Shown: one piece after another, positions 33,701-45,030 of the stretch
How positions within the stretch are numbered: the stretch's first letter is position 1
Layout: each line of letters begins with the position of its first letter
Assembly (NCBI GenBank): GCA_964199315.1
Contig: OZ116701.1
Coordinates: forward strand, 14,942,001 to 15,006,000
Direction of reading: 5' to 3'
From: Orbicella franksi
Taxonomy: Eukaryota
Length of the DNA: 64,000 bases
Notes under the pieces: model-generated
Databases searched by the model: none
What the model saw: only the letters and a program-made list of their open reading frames with translations
Told to the model about the DNA's origin: nothing
Translations under genes and position numbers: made by a program

Positions 33701-35625
33701 AGCGTAAGCCTAGAGCATTTTCTAGAGAGCAGTTGAAATTCACGAAAAGCTTAATGAGTGGTGAAGGGAAACAAAAATTAGATAGTTTTCTTCTATTCTG
33801 CGCAGAGGACTGATTCAGCCACGCCCTTGGAGTTTTTACTAGTTTCCACTGATTCACAAAGCCCCTAAACCTCCATGCATATAGTGACTTTGTACAATAA
33901 TTGTCTGGCGAACAAAAGGAAACATTTCCTGCAATACTTGAATAGTATAGTTTTCGTGTGCCTTGATCCAGCATTCGTCGAGAATGTATGTTTAATTGTT
34001 TATAGTTCGTTTTACCGTTCATTTAAAAGCACCGACGCAAATTCTACATTTCAACAATATTTTCACGTCGCTCGAAAGTTGTCAGAGCTGACATCGGCAA
34101 GGTAATAATGGTCAATAATTTTGCACGCAAAACTGATTAATTGTCATAATATTCTTGTTCAAGCGCTATTATAATAAGTAGTGGGCAGAACTCTTAAAGA
34201 TTCTTCTGATTTATCTGTATTCGTTCAACAGAGTGGTGGCAACTCTATGATTAAAAATGTTAAGAAGTCTTCAGGTTGATTTTTACTAATGCTGAGAAGT
34301 AACGCTTGCGTGCCCGTCTGTTTCCTTTCTACTCCTTCATGCGTGGTATATTGTCGTTTTTAATAAGTGCAAAAGTGTTGCGTTTTGACAGACTGTCATT
34401 ATGTTCGAGGCCTGTCAACAAAGCAATTTCCTTTCTTTGTCTTCAGTGTTGTTTCTTAATTTGGTAGTCATAAAAGGTGTCCGTTTCTTAAGTGAAACAA
34501 TTGAAGAAGGCAGTTTAGAACACCAGTGTTCCACCTGAAAGACTTGTGGGCCTCTGCGAAGCAAAACCGCCTCCTCTTCATGAAGTCACCCTACTTGTGG
34601 CCACATTATTTCTGCCTAGAAACGCATTCTTTAGTTTCCTGTGTAAAAGTTCTTCGTTTTCTTGGTGTAGGGAAATATCATTGTCTCTTTGGGATGCAAA
34701 TAACGAAAAACGAAAACAGCTAGGTCTGTGACAAACAACTCCCGGTATTATGGAATCAAACAGACGGTTTTCTGGAGAGGCTGTCACGATTATATTTTCA
34801 ATTATTCCCAAATGTACATTGAAAAGTCGAACTGTCTTATTTGCTTGCCTTTAATAATCGTTCCACTTGGGTTGCTGTCACGTATGTCACTTCAGGCATA
34901 ATATCTGTTACTATCCAATCCCTCCCTGCTCGCTTCACGTGCTACGTTTCTCAAACTTGTAACAGTGAATCGTGGTTAGCTACAGGTGCAATTGTTCTAG
35001 ACTTAGAAAAAAGAAACAAATATTCTTGCTTTCCTGCTGCTTCTTACGCCGTTTCTAGTGCCCATAAATGTGGTCTTCCTTTGCTGTGGGCGCACCATGC
35101 GATCGCTTTATTTTCACAATCACTTAACGCTCACACTGATCACTTGATATCTGTAAGTTTACTTTTTACTGCGCGAAGTTATTTTGAAAAATGATATCTG
35201 TTAAAATTGACCATTGTTAAACGAACCAAAATCGAAGAGTATCCTGCCAAGTAGCAACTGCAACTTTCCCAAAATGTTTTGACTGGTGTCATTGCTACTC
35301 ACAAAAACGATGCATTTTTGTCTACTCTAATGAGTCTGAGAATATTACACATTATTATAAAGCAAAGGGGTTTTCCTGTTCTATTAATTTTCTTTCGCTT
35401 TTGATTTGTTCTTGGGTGAATCGTTGGTTCTTGTGCCAAATATGTTCTTCCGTGGGTTGGTTTGTTAGAATCATTGAATAAAAGGGGGGCCTGGACGGTT
35501 GGCAAACACGATCCGACCACAAAGAAAGTGGTCTATCGTGTTTAGAGAGCCCTTATATCTCTCATCATTAGAACTAAGGGTGTTTATGGCAGGATAAAAG
35601 GCGTGGCAATGGCAAGTCCCGACTG

Positions 35626-35631
35626 TTTATT
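35626..35631 (-). terminator. Candidate Meis polyadenylation signal AATAAA
   Basis: First canonical AATAAA I found on the minus strand after the stop, about 600 nt into an AT-rich 3' region; use not demonstrated. Confidence 0.4.
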
Positions 35632-36229
35632 TATAAAGAGAAAGAAAGCACTGAAAACGCGGTAAAAGAACAAGTCTCGCGATGCATTGAGCGAGCATTA
35701 TATTTATGTTTCTTCTTTCAATTCTCATTAACAAATACATAATTTTGAATCATGATCATATATATATCTGGATTAATTTTAAAAGGCTATCTATTTGCAT
35801 TTACAAAATAGCATCACATATAAACAAAATACTACGAAACTGTCGTCATTACTCAAATATGGTACATCATATCAACATTAACACCTTTCTTGGAAGAAAC
35901 TGTTTTTAAAATCATACAAAAACTGATTTCATTGTCTAAAATTCTCTAAAATGTCCTTTTTGAAAGGAAGAGTACAGGCTGGAATCATCACACGACAGTG
36001 GGCAAGTTTAATAGAACTCTATAATAACACGGCATATCTATTCATTGAATTTTTCCTATAAAATCTTCATAAACCGAAAGTTTTACAAACTTTCTGCGAA
36101 TATAATCAATAATTCTATATTATATTTCTGTATGTCTAAAAATACTTCACTAAGGGCTATCGACGTTCAACGCGAAACAAAACAAGTCAGGCGTAAATCA
36201 GTAAACTTTGTTCATATTTTCGTTCAACC

Positions 36230-36845
36230 TTAACTCGAATGCATGTCCATGACGGGCTGTGTCATTGTCAACACATTTTCAGACGAAATTAAAGTGGGTG
36301 ATGTTTGTGTGGAAGGTATAAGCTGTGCTCCCGGGTGTCCAGGATGACCCGGGTGACCGGGGTGATGAGGATGAGCGTGTGGGTGCCCTGGTGGGGGCAT
36401 CATCATAGCATGTGGGTGACCAGGAATATACATGGGCTGACCCTGGTGGACTGAAGTTGGAGGCATAGGTGATCTGTAGGCGTGTGCGGGCATTTGAGCG
36501 TGCATTGAATGTGGTCCTGCAGACATAGCTGACATAGGAGGTATTGTACCAACTCCACTCACTGAGGGATCGCCTGTTTGGATGTACCCTCTTGGTCCAA
36601 AATGTGGCGGCTGTGGGACTCCACCATCCATGTGGTAATTGGGATGTGGAGGAGGGTGGTGCTGATCTGGGTAATATCCTGGGGGTGCTCCCGGAGGGCC
36701 AAATCTTGGTCCCGGTGAAGGAAGACCTTGTCCTAACGAGTTTTTGCGCCGTCTTGACTTGAACACCGTGACAACCGGTGACTTTCCTGCTCTGTTCGAA
36801 GCATCTATCATCGGCTGAACAATACGTCTTCTGGCGTTGATGAAC
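36230..36845 (-). CDS. Meis: Meis exon 10, terminal ([35 protein letters not shown]...HPGHPGHPG...DMHSS*)
   Basis: ggcag acceptor; helix 3 then Pro/His/Gly/Met-rich tail to TAA at 36232-36230. Confidence 0.95.
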
Positions 36846-39800
36846 CTGCCAAATTAATGAAACAGTTTTAACATCTTGCTCCTGGATGTTGGGAAACATC
36901 AACAAATGCAGTGACAAAACTTTCCGGCAAGACACGAACAGGAAGGTAGAAGAAAAAGGCACAGAAAATAAATATTAGACTTGCAAAATTCTTTTCATTG
37001 CCTGATTTTCTTTGCTGCTGAACAACAGCATTTAAAGCTTCCTTGCTTTGTTCACTCCTATGTCCTTTATCACTGACAGGCTTTATTGAGTCAAGCTGGC
37101 ATGAAAACTGAAAAAAAAAAAAAAATTTGGAAAAAATAAAACACAAAAACAAGCACCCTCACCAGTTGTTAACTTGTAGGATAGTTAGACCGGTTTCTTG
37201 AGCCAAAGATCGCTTCTGTTCCTCAGATGGGTACGGATGCTAAAAAGGCAAAGATATTAAAACTCGTTTATTCCACGCTTTACATCCATCCATTGTGATG
37301 GAGGACAATCGGAATTACAAGAAGTAAGTACAAAGGGAAAAATTGTTATTACTCTAACAAAAACACGACACCCGAACAGATTTCGTTTCCGTTTTTAAAA
37401 GACAGATACCACTGATAAGATCAGACGTAAACGAGAAGTGAAAAAATATTTTGAAACTTTTAGGTTTTAGGTTCTTAAGCAGTTACATTGCGTGAGACAG
37501 GTTCTCAGAAAAACAAGGGGCCCAAACTGGTGCCACAAAGATCAATGCCTACACCAGTTTATTTTGAGTTCCTCTGCTCTCAAGAATTAAAGACCCCTGG
37601 AGTTTAAGGAGACTATTAGAATTTCCTACTACGGTTCAGTCGTTCTTTGAGATTACAAAGAGAGAATGAGAATTAAAAGAAGTTTGCTTTTCTCAAATTG
37701 GTACAAAGTAAAAGATGCCCGTTCGGCGATGTAGTGCTTTTTCCCACCAGCTTGTTTTGTTCTGTTAGTGCACAGCACCAAACAAGCAAACAGGCCTGCT
37801 GCTTATTGTCGCAAACTATGAACTGTGGCAATTTGGTTATCGCTTAGGGTCTGTTCTAGTGAATGCTAAAAGAAACGGAACAAACATGGATAAAGGAATA
37901 TTTTTTACCGTTAAATGTTGAAAAAGCCATGCCTTCATTATGTTCGTGGCAGCTTTAGGGAAGATCCCTCTTTTCTTCTGGCTTTTCTTCGACTGTTCGT
38001 CGTCGGTGTTGTCTCCCGTGCCATCTTCCGAGCCAACAGACGTGTTTAACGATGGGTCTGAAATGAAGAGGCACGCCATGTTTTCTAAGAAAATACTGTC
38101 GTTACCGAGAGCCACTTCAAGACCTTATTCTGTTACACGTAGCACTGAGAGAATATTGAAACAGACAGTAATGAATACGACACGTTGTTAAGGCGATCAC
38201 ATTTGCAAGTTTTATCCCCTCATTCACTTGAAAGGGTTTAATAGCGTCGACAGGCAGTTTTGCATACAGGCAGGATTAGGCTCGATGTGACAGCCTAATT
38301 TTCTTGTGTAGGCTTGAAGGTTAACACTCTCTGGCTCCTGCCAAAGAGAAGAGGTTTACAGCAACACCTGCTACTCTAGTTTCCTGTCAAAAATCACAAA
38401 GACCTACTTGACACATTCCCAGAACTTTTCGCAATAGCGCTATTGGTGTCATTCAAGACAAGACAACCTATTTCCTTCAAACACATATTAGTGAAAACAC
38501 TCCAAGTTCCCATCGAATAGATGACTGCGATAAGAGAGCCGCGATATGCACTTCTCGGAGAAACAATGGGGAGGAACGGTTTTCCTTTGTCAGTTAGAAA
38601 AGGAGAAAATATTTTCCTTTTGCGAAGACACCACCCTACACTCAAGTACCTCAACTGCTTTGCCCCAGTCACCTTTTTTTCACAACAACGTATGCCACAT
38701 TATGCCCCTTAAGAAGCGATAGTGTAAATAGTGGGTGGAAAAGGGAGGAAATGTTAGCTCAGTGTCTTGGATTAAGTAAACATCACGAAAGAATGCTAAA
38801 TACTCCAAGTCAAACTCCTTTTCTCTCAAAATGACATCTTTATGAAAATGAGGCGAAACGCAAGCAAACATCTGGTTGGAAATTGAAAAGACCTGAAGGA
38901 AAGAGAAAAATAACATGGAAACGCGGTCGTTCACCTCACTAAATAAGAGGCATGCTGCGGAGCAATGAATTTGGTACCTAAGCCTACCGGATTATTAGTG
39001 GCAGTAAAAACTAAATCCTTCTTAGCGTACATGCGTGCATTTATGTCACTCGATAAGTAACATTCGTCATACATCAACGAAGGATTAACAAAAGATCATT
39101 TTCTACATTTCAATCGAGGGCTTTGACTTTGTTGTTGAAATTTTATAACCGAAGTAAAAACTAAAATCTTTATCTCTTCTCGCTTGTTCTCGAGGAAAGT
39201 TCTTGCTTAAAATCCTTTGACAAGAAGCAATTAAGTTAATCGAACGCTATCACCGCGTTTTACTTTGGCTTTGTTTCCTATCTCTAAAAGCACCAAAACC
39301 GTGATGGGAAATTTGAGCACGATTTAAACTAACTTCAACAAGTTGATAAGACAGTGAATGGCCGACCAAGCCTAAAACCCGCGTTATTTGAGCTTAATTA
39401 ATTTGGTCAAGGGGCATTGCCAAGATAAAAGACTAGAATTTCACCACCATGAGAAGAATTTACAACAGCTAGATGCTTGAAATTTGACACTCCCAGCACT
39501 TGGATGCTGACAAAATCCATCAGGTTCACTTAAATACTTACAACAGCCCTTAGTCATACTAATTCATGTGACTCTTCTTTCACCTGGTATTCGCTCGTGA
39601 CAGCAATAAAGCTCTTGAAACTGTTTTCCGTGAGGCATCTTCGAGAGGGCATAGAAAGTACGAATTCCAAAACCACTTGAAAGCCACAAAAGTCTTTAAA
39701 AAGTTAACGATTGTGGAAGCGAGGCGAGCTCGATGAGAAGTGGCGCGCACTAATTTGCGAGAGCTCGTTCCTCTTTGTTTTTCACTTCTAGAATCCCGAA

Positions 39801-42800
39801 ACTAAACCCCGGAGATTGTAGATATAAGTGACGACAAAAGCATAATGAATTATTGGTTGACACTACTTCAGGAAATTACTGGAGGAAATTGCAAGAGGCT
39901 ATCTTGTCAGATTTATCAAAGAATCAAGAAATACTGTCAAGAATTGAGACAATGACAGAAAGGGATGGTACACATGCACTTAAATGAAAGGCAAGCTATT
40001 ATCGGCTTCAATATTTTTAAAATACACACATTTTCCAACTTAAGTGAGCTATATGAAATCTTGACAACGAAGGCTTACGTCGTATAAAGACAAGAAGCTC
40101 TTGTCAAAATTGCCCGAATAACTGACATGGTCCTGCGGTTAATTAACATTTGGCTCCATTCCTGGGAGAAAAATTGCTGATTAGTGGAGAAGCCGAAATT
40201 CTCGAAAGAGCCTTCGTTTCTGACAGGCGAAGACTATTTTATAAATATTCTTTTGTTCATTATAAATGATTTCTTCAGTTTTCGCTTTTCAGAAGACTTC
40301 ATGTTTGACACTCTGTAAACGAAGATGGCACATCTGTTACTAGCTGTTAATTTTATCGTCTCTTTATTGTCAAAATAATTTCTCCAAACGATTTTCTTTT
40401 CCTTTGTTTTGTCACACAAAGCGAACTAGTATTAGGAGGAAAAAAATTCTTGCCGTTCGCCTCGCCCTAATTGTAACTTTTCTTTGACAATTAGTGATGT
40501 TTGTACTAGAAAATATTCTTGTCACCTCGCAATCAAAAGAAGGCGTTCACCGAATGGAAAACACGCGATAAGCTATCCGCGAACTTTTTAGGGCTCATTT
40601 CGAAGCCTCATTATCGATCCCTGTCTGTTTGTCATTTGCAGACACAAAAAAAAAAATCGAAAGCGCTCAGGAAAACGTCTTCCGTGTACAATGTTTTGCT
40701 TGTGCTAGCAAACGACATTTAATGACTACAACCTTATGCATATGAGGGAAACGTAGCAGAATTTGCATATGCCTTATCCTTTCGCGTCGTAAAACGCGTA
40801 AAGTGATATTCTTTTTAATTACCAACAGAAAGAAAGCCTTTATGCAGCTGTGTCAACAGAGACATAAAGCTTTCAACTCAATAAAAGCCCACAAGAATAG
40901 ACGTAGGGCTGAACCAATAATTTCACTGTTCAATCCCACTCTTTATATAATTGCCAACGTGGATTACAACAATGGCCAAGAGCTACTCATTTAGCATAAT
41001 AAAGGCGCGATAAAACAGTACCCCCCGATAAATTCTCCTTTTAGTGATATATTATTGAAGACATTATTAAAAACACATCGAATACGGAAACAATTTAATA
41101 AAGAAGTGATAGAAATGTCGCTTTTAATAAAAGCTTTAGTCATTTCCTCACCTTCCGGAGTTGTGGGCCCATCGACCCCAGAGTTGGACGGTGGTCGAGA
41201 AGACGATTGAGAGTTGGAGCCCGAACCGGTGGCTTCATCTCCTTGACCGGGTTGCCAGTTCGGAGGGTTCGGTGGCTGCAAAGTGCGAAAAAAAAAACAG
41301 GCACAACGATGAGAGATAGATCGCGAGAACTGCTCGTGTTATCTTGCGAAACACGAGGAAACAATTGAAATCCTTTCATAAAGTTGACATTGCGTGAATA
41401 AGAAAAGCAAAGCGAGAGGTGTAAAAATTTCGACATCTAACAAACTTTTTGTCAGTAGTGATTGTGAAGAGGTAATTGACAAAATCCCACCTACAACAAA
41501 ATTGGCCCGTCGTGCTAATAATTCTACAAGTTAATCTGCCATTTCGTTCTTTCATCCCCGCGCTCTGTCTGAGTGCGCGCTTGTTTTACCTGTCTAAGGT
41601 GAAAACAGGTAACCATTCATTTGTTAGTGATTTTGTCAGGTTCAAAACGAAGAGGTGTGAATTTGATCTTAGATAAATGCCTAGTGTTTGGGACACGAAA
41701 GAACCTTTTTTCAACACGTCAATCCGCCAAAAGAGCTGTCTAAGCGCAATAAAAACTCCTAACAACTTGACAAAATACAACGCCATCACAAGTGTCCAAT
41801 TGATGTTTTACAAGATGACTTTTTGTGACTTCTTGTGACGGCTCGTTGTACGGGCCGTCTTTAATACAGTAACCACACAACAAATTGTTTTCACTTCTCT
41901 ATCCAACTTGTTGGACAATGAGAGTTTTTAAAACATCGCCGCGGGGCGCAACGTAAATACTGCAGTCAGTAATTATCAATCAAGCAATGTGTCCTGAACA
42001 CTTAAACCATTCGCCCTGGGCCGCACTCGCTGCAGGCAGTTCGCTCTTGATGCGGGATCGCCAAGACAGTAACACTGCGGTATCATTCTCGAGACTTATT
42101 AATAGCCATTCATCCACTTAGATGATAATGTGATGTTGTGAGAGAAATTTACACCTTCAAGAAGGTCGTCCATGAGACGAGAAATTTGCCAAAGAAACAA
42201 CTGCGCCCTAGCGTGGCGCTCGGTCGTAAAGGATGACACATCGAGTTACAGTACCTGTGGCAGGGCGCTTTCTGGCGGTGAATCGATGTCCAAAGCATCG
42301 CTGTCGCTTCTGCTTTTGCCTATGTTTTCCTTCTCGTCCATAACAAGATCAATGGGCATTTTCCCCTTAAGGCAGGAAATGTAGCGCTTACAAAAGTTGT
42401 CACACAGCTCGTGCACCTAGAGCGAGAAAACAAGAGCTGTATTGGATTATATAGAATTTGTTTTTACAACGGAAACAAACTCCCCCAATTTAAACTTGAC
42501 TATAGTGTTAGCTCGAAGAAATACCTTTAAAATCCATCGAATAAAAGCAAATGACAGGGCGAGATTAAATTTCTAACTAAAGATAAGCGTAATGTATGCA
42601 TTATGCAAATTCTCGTCTGAAAAATGTCTGGAGCTTCTTGCCTATATACACAGATCTGAGAGCCTCACAGAACTCGAAAAATTTCCTTTACCTATCTCCT
42701 TGCAGAGCTAGCTTTTGTCTGACTGCTCATGGCTGACTAGAAGATGACACCCGCGACATCGCAAACTTAAATAAATATTTTCTTACCTTTTCTAATTCCA

Positions 42801-44120
42801 GGAGGTGAAATCTCAAGACTTGGATCGATTGAATCATCTAGAATTAAAATAACCCCAAAATTGGCCCAAAATCCGCACAGAAAAAACAAGATTCCTTCAT
42901 GCTACAAATCGCGACACCGAGAAGATACAAAGCACTGACTGACTGCTGTGCGTGTATAAATCAACGTATAAAGGCGTCGAAGCATGTGGCAACATTTTGT
43001 GTTATTTAAATTCAATCAACCGGGTTCGTATTAATATTTTAACACGTCCACCTTTGAAATGATACCTTACGGTTTGGGTAAACGAAAACAACACTTACCA
43101 AACTATCGACTTCGTGGTTGGACGAGAAAAGCGTCTTGTCACTCCTGAACTGAAAACACAACAACAAACGGAAACCATTATGAGATTTCGGCCGATCATC
43201 CTTAGTGTGTGACTCGAGAATAAAAACTGCAGCACTTCAAGGACGATTTTGACCGATCACGTCAGACTAGCATATCACTGGGTGCCCGTCCCCTGAAGGC
43301 CTGGGGGAAAATTGTAACTACTGAGCTAGAAACTGTTAACATACCTGCTTCGAAAATACCTGGATATCCTCGTTGAATGAAGCAGACGAGCACACGTCTC
43401 CTCCAACAGCTCCCGGTTCCCGAGGAGTGCACGTTGCCAACTCGCATTTCTCGAATATGAGCGCGAGAAGAGGGAACAGTGAATGCCTGGAATTAGAGCA
43501 TTCATGTTAATGAATAGAGTTCAGTTAATAAGCGTCCATTTAGTGTGGTGCAGTGAAAAGGCCTGCGATCATGATCCTGCAGGATGTCTAGCTGTAAAAT
43601 AGCCAAGACGTGCGCTTGTTACCGTCATGTGTAACTCTACCTATTTTAGCATGTGAAGTTGACAGCGATCACTAAGATTCTCGGATAGATCAGTCGATCG
43701 TGAGTGAGTGATACATTTAGCATGACATGCAAATCTGAGCTGTGAGCCGATCGTAACGTACGTACCCATATATTAACTCCTTATCGCTCTTATGAATATC
43801 AGAAACGGCGCTCATCGCATTCGACACTCCTCCTCCAGAGGCTGGCGTGTGATGGTACGGCGAAGTGGCGCTCGTATGGTTCATGTGTTGTATCCGAGCT
43901 GAGCGACTGTGATCGTACATTGAGGTTGCAACGTCCATCGCGTAAGGGCCCACTTCATCATAAGGCTGCAAAATTAAACGATTTTGTCAGCTGTTGCGTA
44001 AGCCTCCTGCAAATCAGAGCGGAACAGCAGCGCTAAACAAGCACAAAATGATGCACACACACCACCAGAAGCCGGCATCACGGGTAAACGGAACGCTCGG
44101 TTACTGACCCGTTGTGCCAT
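36230..44120 (-). CDS. Meis: Homeobox protein Meis (TALE class, homothorax orthologue); complete, 10 exons, 527 aa
   Basis: join 44120-44109,43965-43766,43486-43345,43149-43099,42837-42787,42416-42255,41275-41152,38057-37909,37239-37163,36845-36230 = 1584 nt, all GT-AG. MAQR start; MEIS/HM domain ([22 protein letters not shown]; [37 protein letters not shown]); TALE homeodomain [61 protein letters not shown]. Confidence 0.98.
37163..37239 (-). CDS. Meis: Meis exon 9 ([25 protein letters not shown])
   Basis: ttttag acceptor, GTGAGG donor; PYP TALE loop; 77 nt. Confidence 0.98.
37909..38057 (-). CDS. Meis: Meis exon 8 ([12 protein letters not shown]...[23 protein letters not shown])
   Basis: tttcag acceptor, GTAAAA donor; homeodomain N-arm and helix 1. 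Confidence 0.97.
41152..41275 (-). CDS. Meis: Meis exon 7 ([41 protein letters not shown])
   Basis: Poly-T then tgcag acceptor; G|GTGAGG donor; phase 1 matches exon 8. Confidence 0.9.
42255..42416 (-). CDS. Meis: Meis exon 6 ([29 protein letters not shown]...SALPQ)
   Basis: ctctag acceptor, GTACTG donor. Confidence 0.97.
42787..42837 (-). CDS. Meis: Meis exon 5 ([17 protein letters not shown])
   Basis: ttctag acceptor, GTAAGA donor; 51 nt; HM2 motif. Confidence 0.97.
43099..43149 (-). CDS. Meis: Meis exon 4 ([17 protein letters not shown])
   Basis: ttttcag acceptor, GTAAGT donor; 51 nt. Confidence 0.95.
43345..43486 (-). CDS. Meis: Meis exon 3 ([47 protein letters not shown])
   Basis: ttccag acceptor, GTATGT donor; HM1 motif. 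Confidence 0.97.
43766..43965 (-). CDS. Meis: Meis exon 2 ([12 protein letters not shown]...[12 protein letters not shown])
   Basis: ttttgcag acceptor, GTACGT donor, phase 0/2. Confidence 0.95.
44109..44120 (-). CDS. Meis: Meis exon 1 coding part (MAQR)
   Basis: ATG GCA CAA CGG|GTCAGT; the 12-nt first coding exon typical of Meis genes. Confidence 0.92.
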
Positions 44121-44209
44121 ACGCTGCTTATTCGCTCCACTCCAGGGTTACGAGCCGCTTTGTGGAGGATTGTTATCGTAAAATTGCTGCAAATGTTTAA
44201 TCCTGAATT

Positions 44210-45030
44210 CTGACAATCAGTTTAGGGCTAACACAGTTGGATAGCTTTCTAAACTTACAACCCGTCAACTCAATGTAAGGAAAAGATGTGTACGGCCGTC
44301 AACACAACTAGTAACGAATTGTCAAGCCTGTCTCGTGGCTTTTGGCCACAAGTCTGTCAATCACCTTTCAAAATCTCCATGGGCCCTTGTCACGTAATGA
44401 GCGTGAGAGAGTTCGACAGTTGATCAGGTTCGCCGAGCAGATTTCGGAGAGAATTCTCTCTCTCAGGAGGCTTTATGAACCAGCAAATATATTCAGGAAG
44501 GACTTAAGGTTGTATTAGACTTGACAAGGAGTCTCAAACATTAATAAGCTTTTTCCCTTAAAATAGAACAACGCAAAGTACTTTGGAGCGGAGGCAAAGC
44601 CATTAGTCAATTCTCCTGGGTATTTTCATAAAAACCAGCCACTTTTCAATAATACCTGGTGGAACCAATTAGCTTGACGGACCAATCAGAGCCCATCTCA
44701 TCCGCCAAGCCAAATAATGTGTCTAAACATTTCAATCTCCATTGTCTACGCCATCGTGGTTCTTTACGCAGTATCTGGGGCGTGTCATTCTTTTCAAAAG
44801 CTTATAACAAAGTAATCGAGTGCAATTTTGACCGTGTAACTAAAGCCCCGATTGAATGGCAGTTTATTAAAAACACGCTGTGGGCTTGCCATAGGCATGG
44901 TTTCCGTGCTTGCATGCTTCACATTTCACACCCCCATTTAATTAGAACACAAAACAATTTACAAATGTCTCGATGCGTTGGGAAGTATGTAAAACAACCC
45001 ATTGTCGTTCTTGATTGACAGCATTCTAAC
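44210..45030 (-). promoter_or_regulatory. Meis proximal promoter/5' region with PBX-MEIS/PREP decamers and CCAAT boxes
   Basis: TGATTGACAG at 45012-45021 (+) and 44354-44363 (-); 1-mismatch TGATTGTCAG at 44210-44219 (-); CCAAT at about 44664 and 44682; CpG-rich. Confidence 0.7.
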
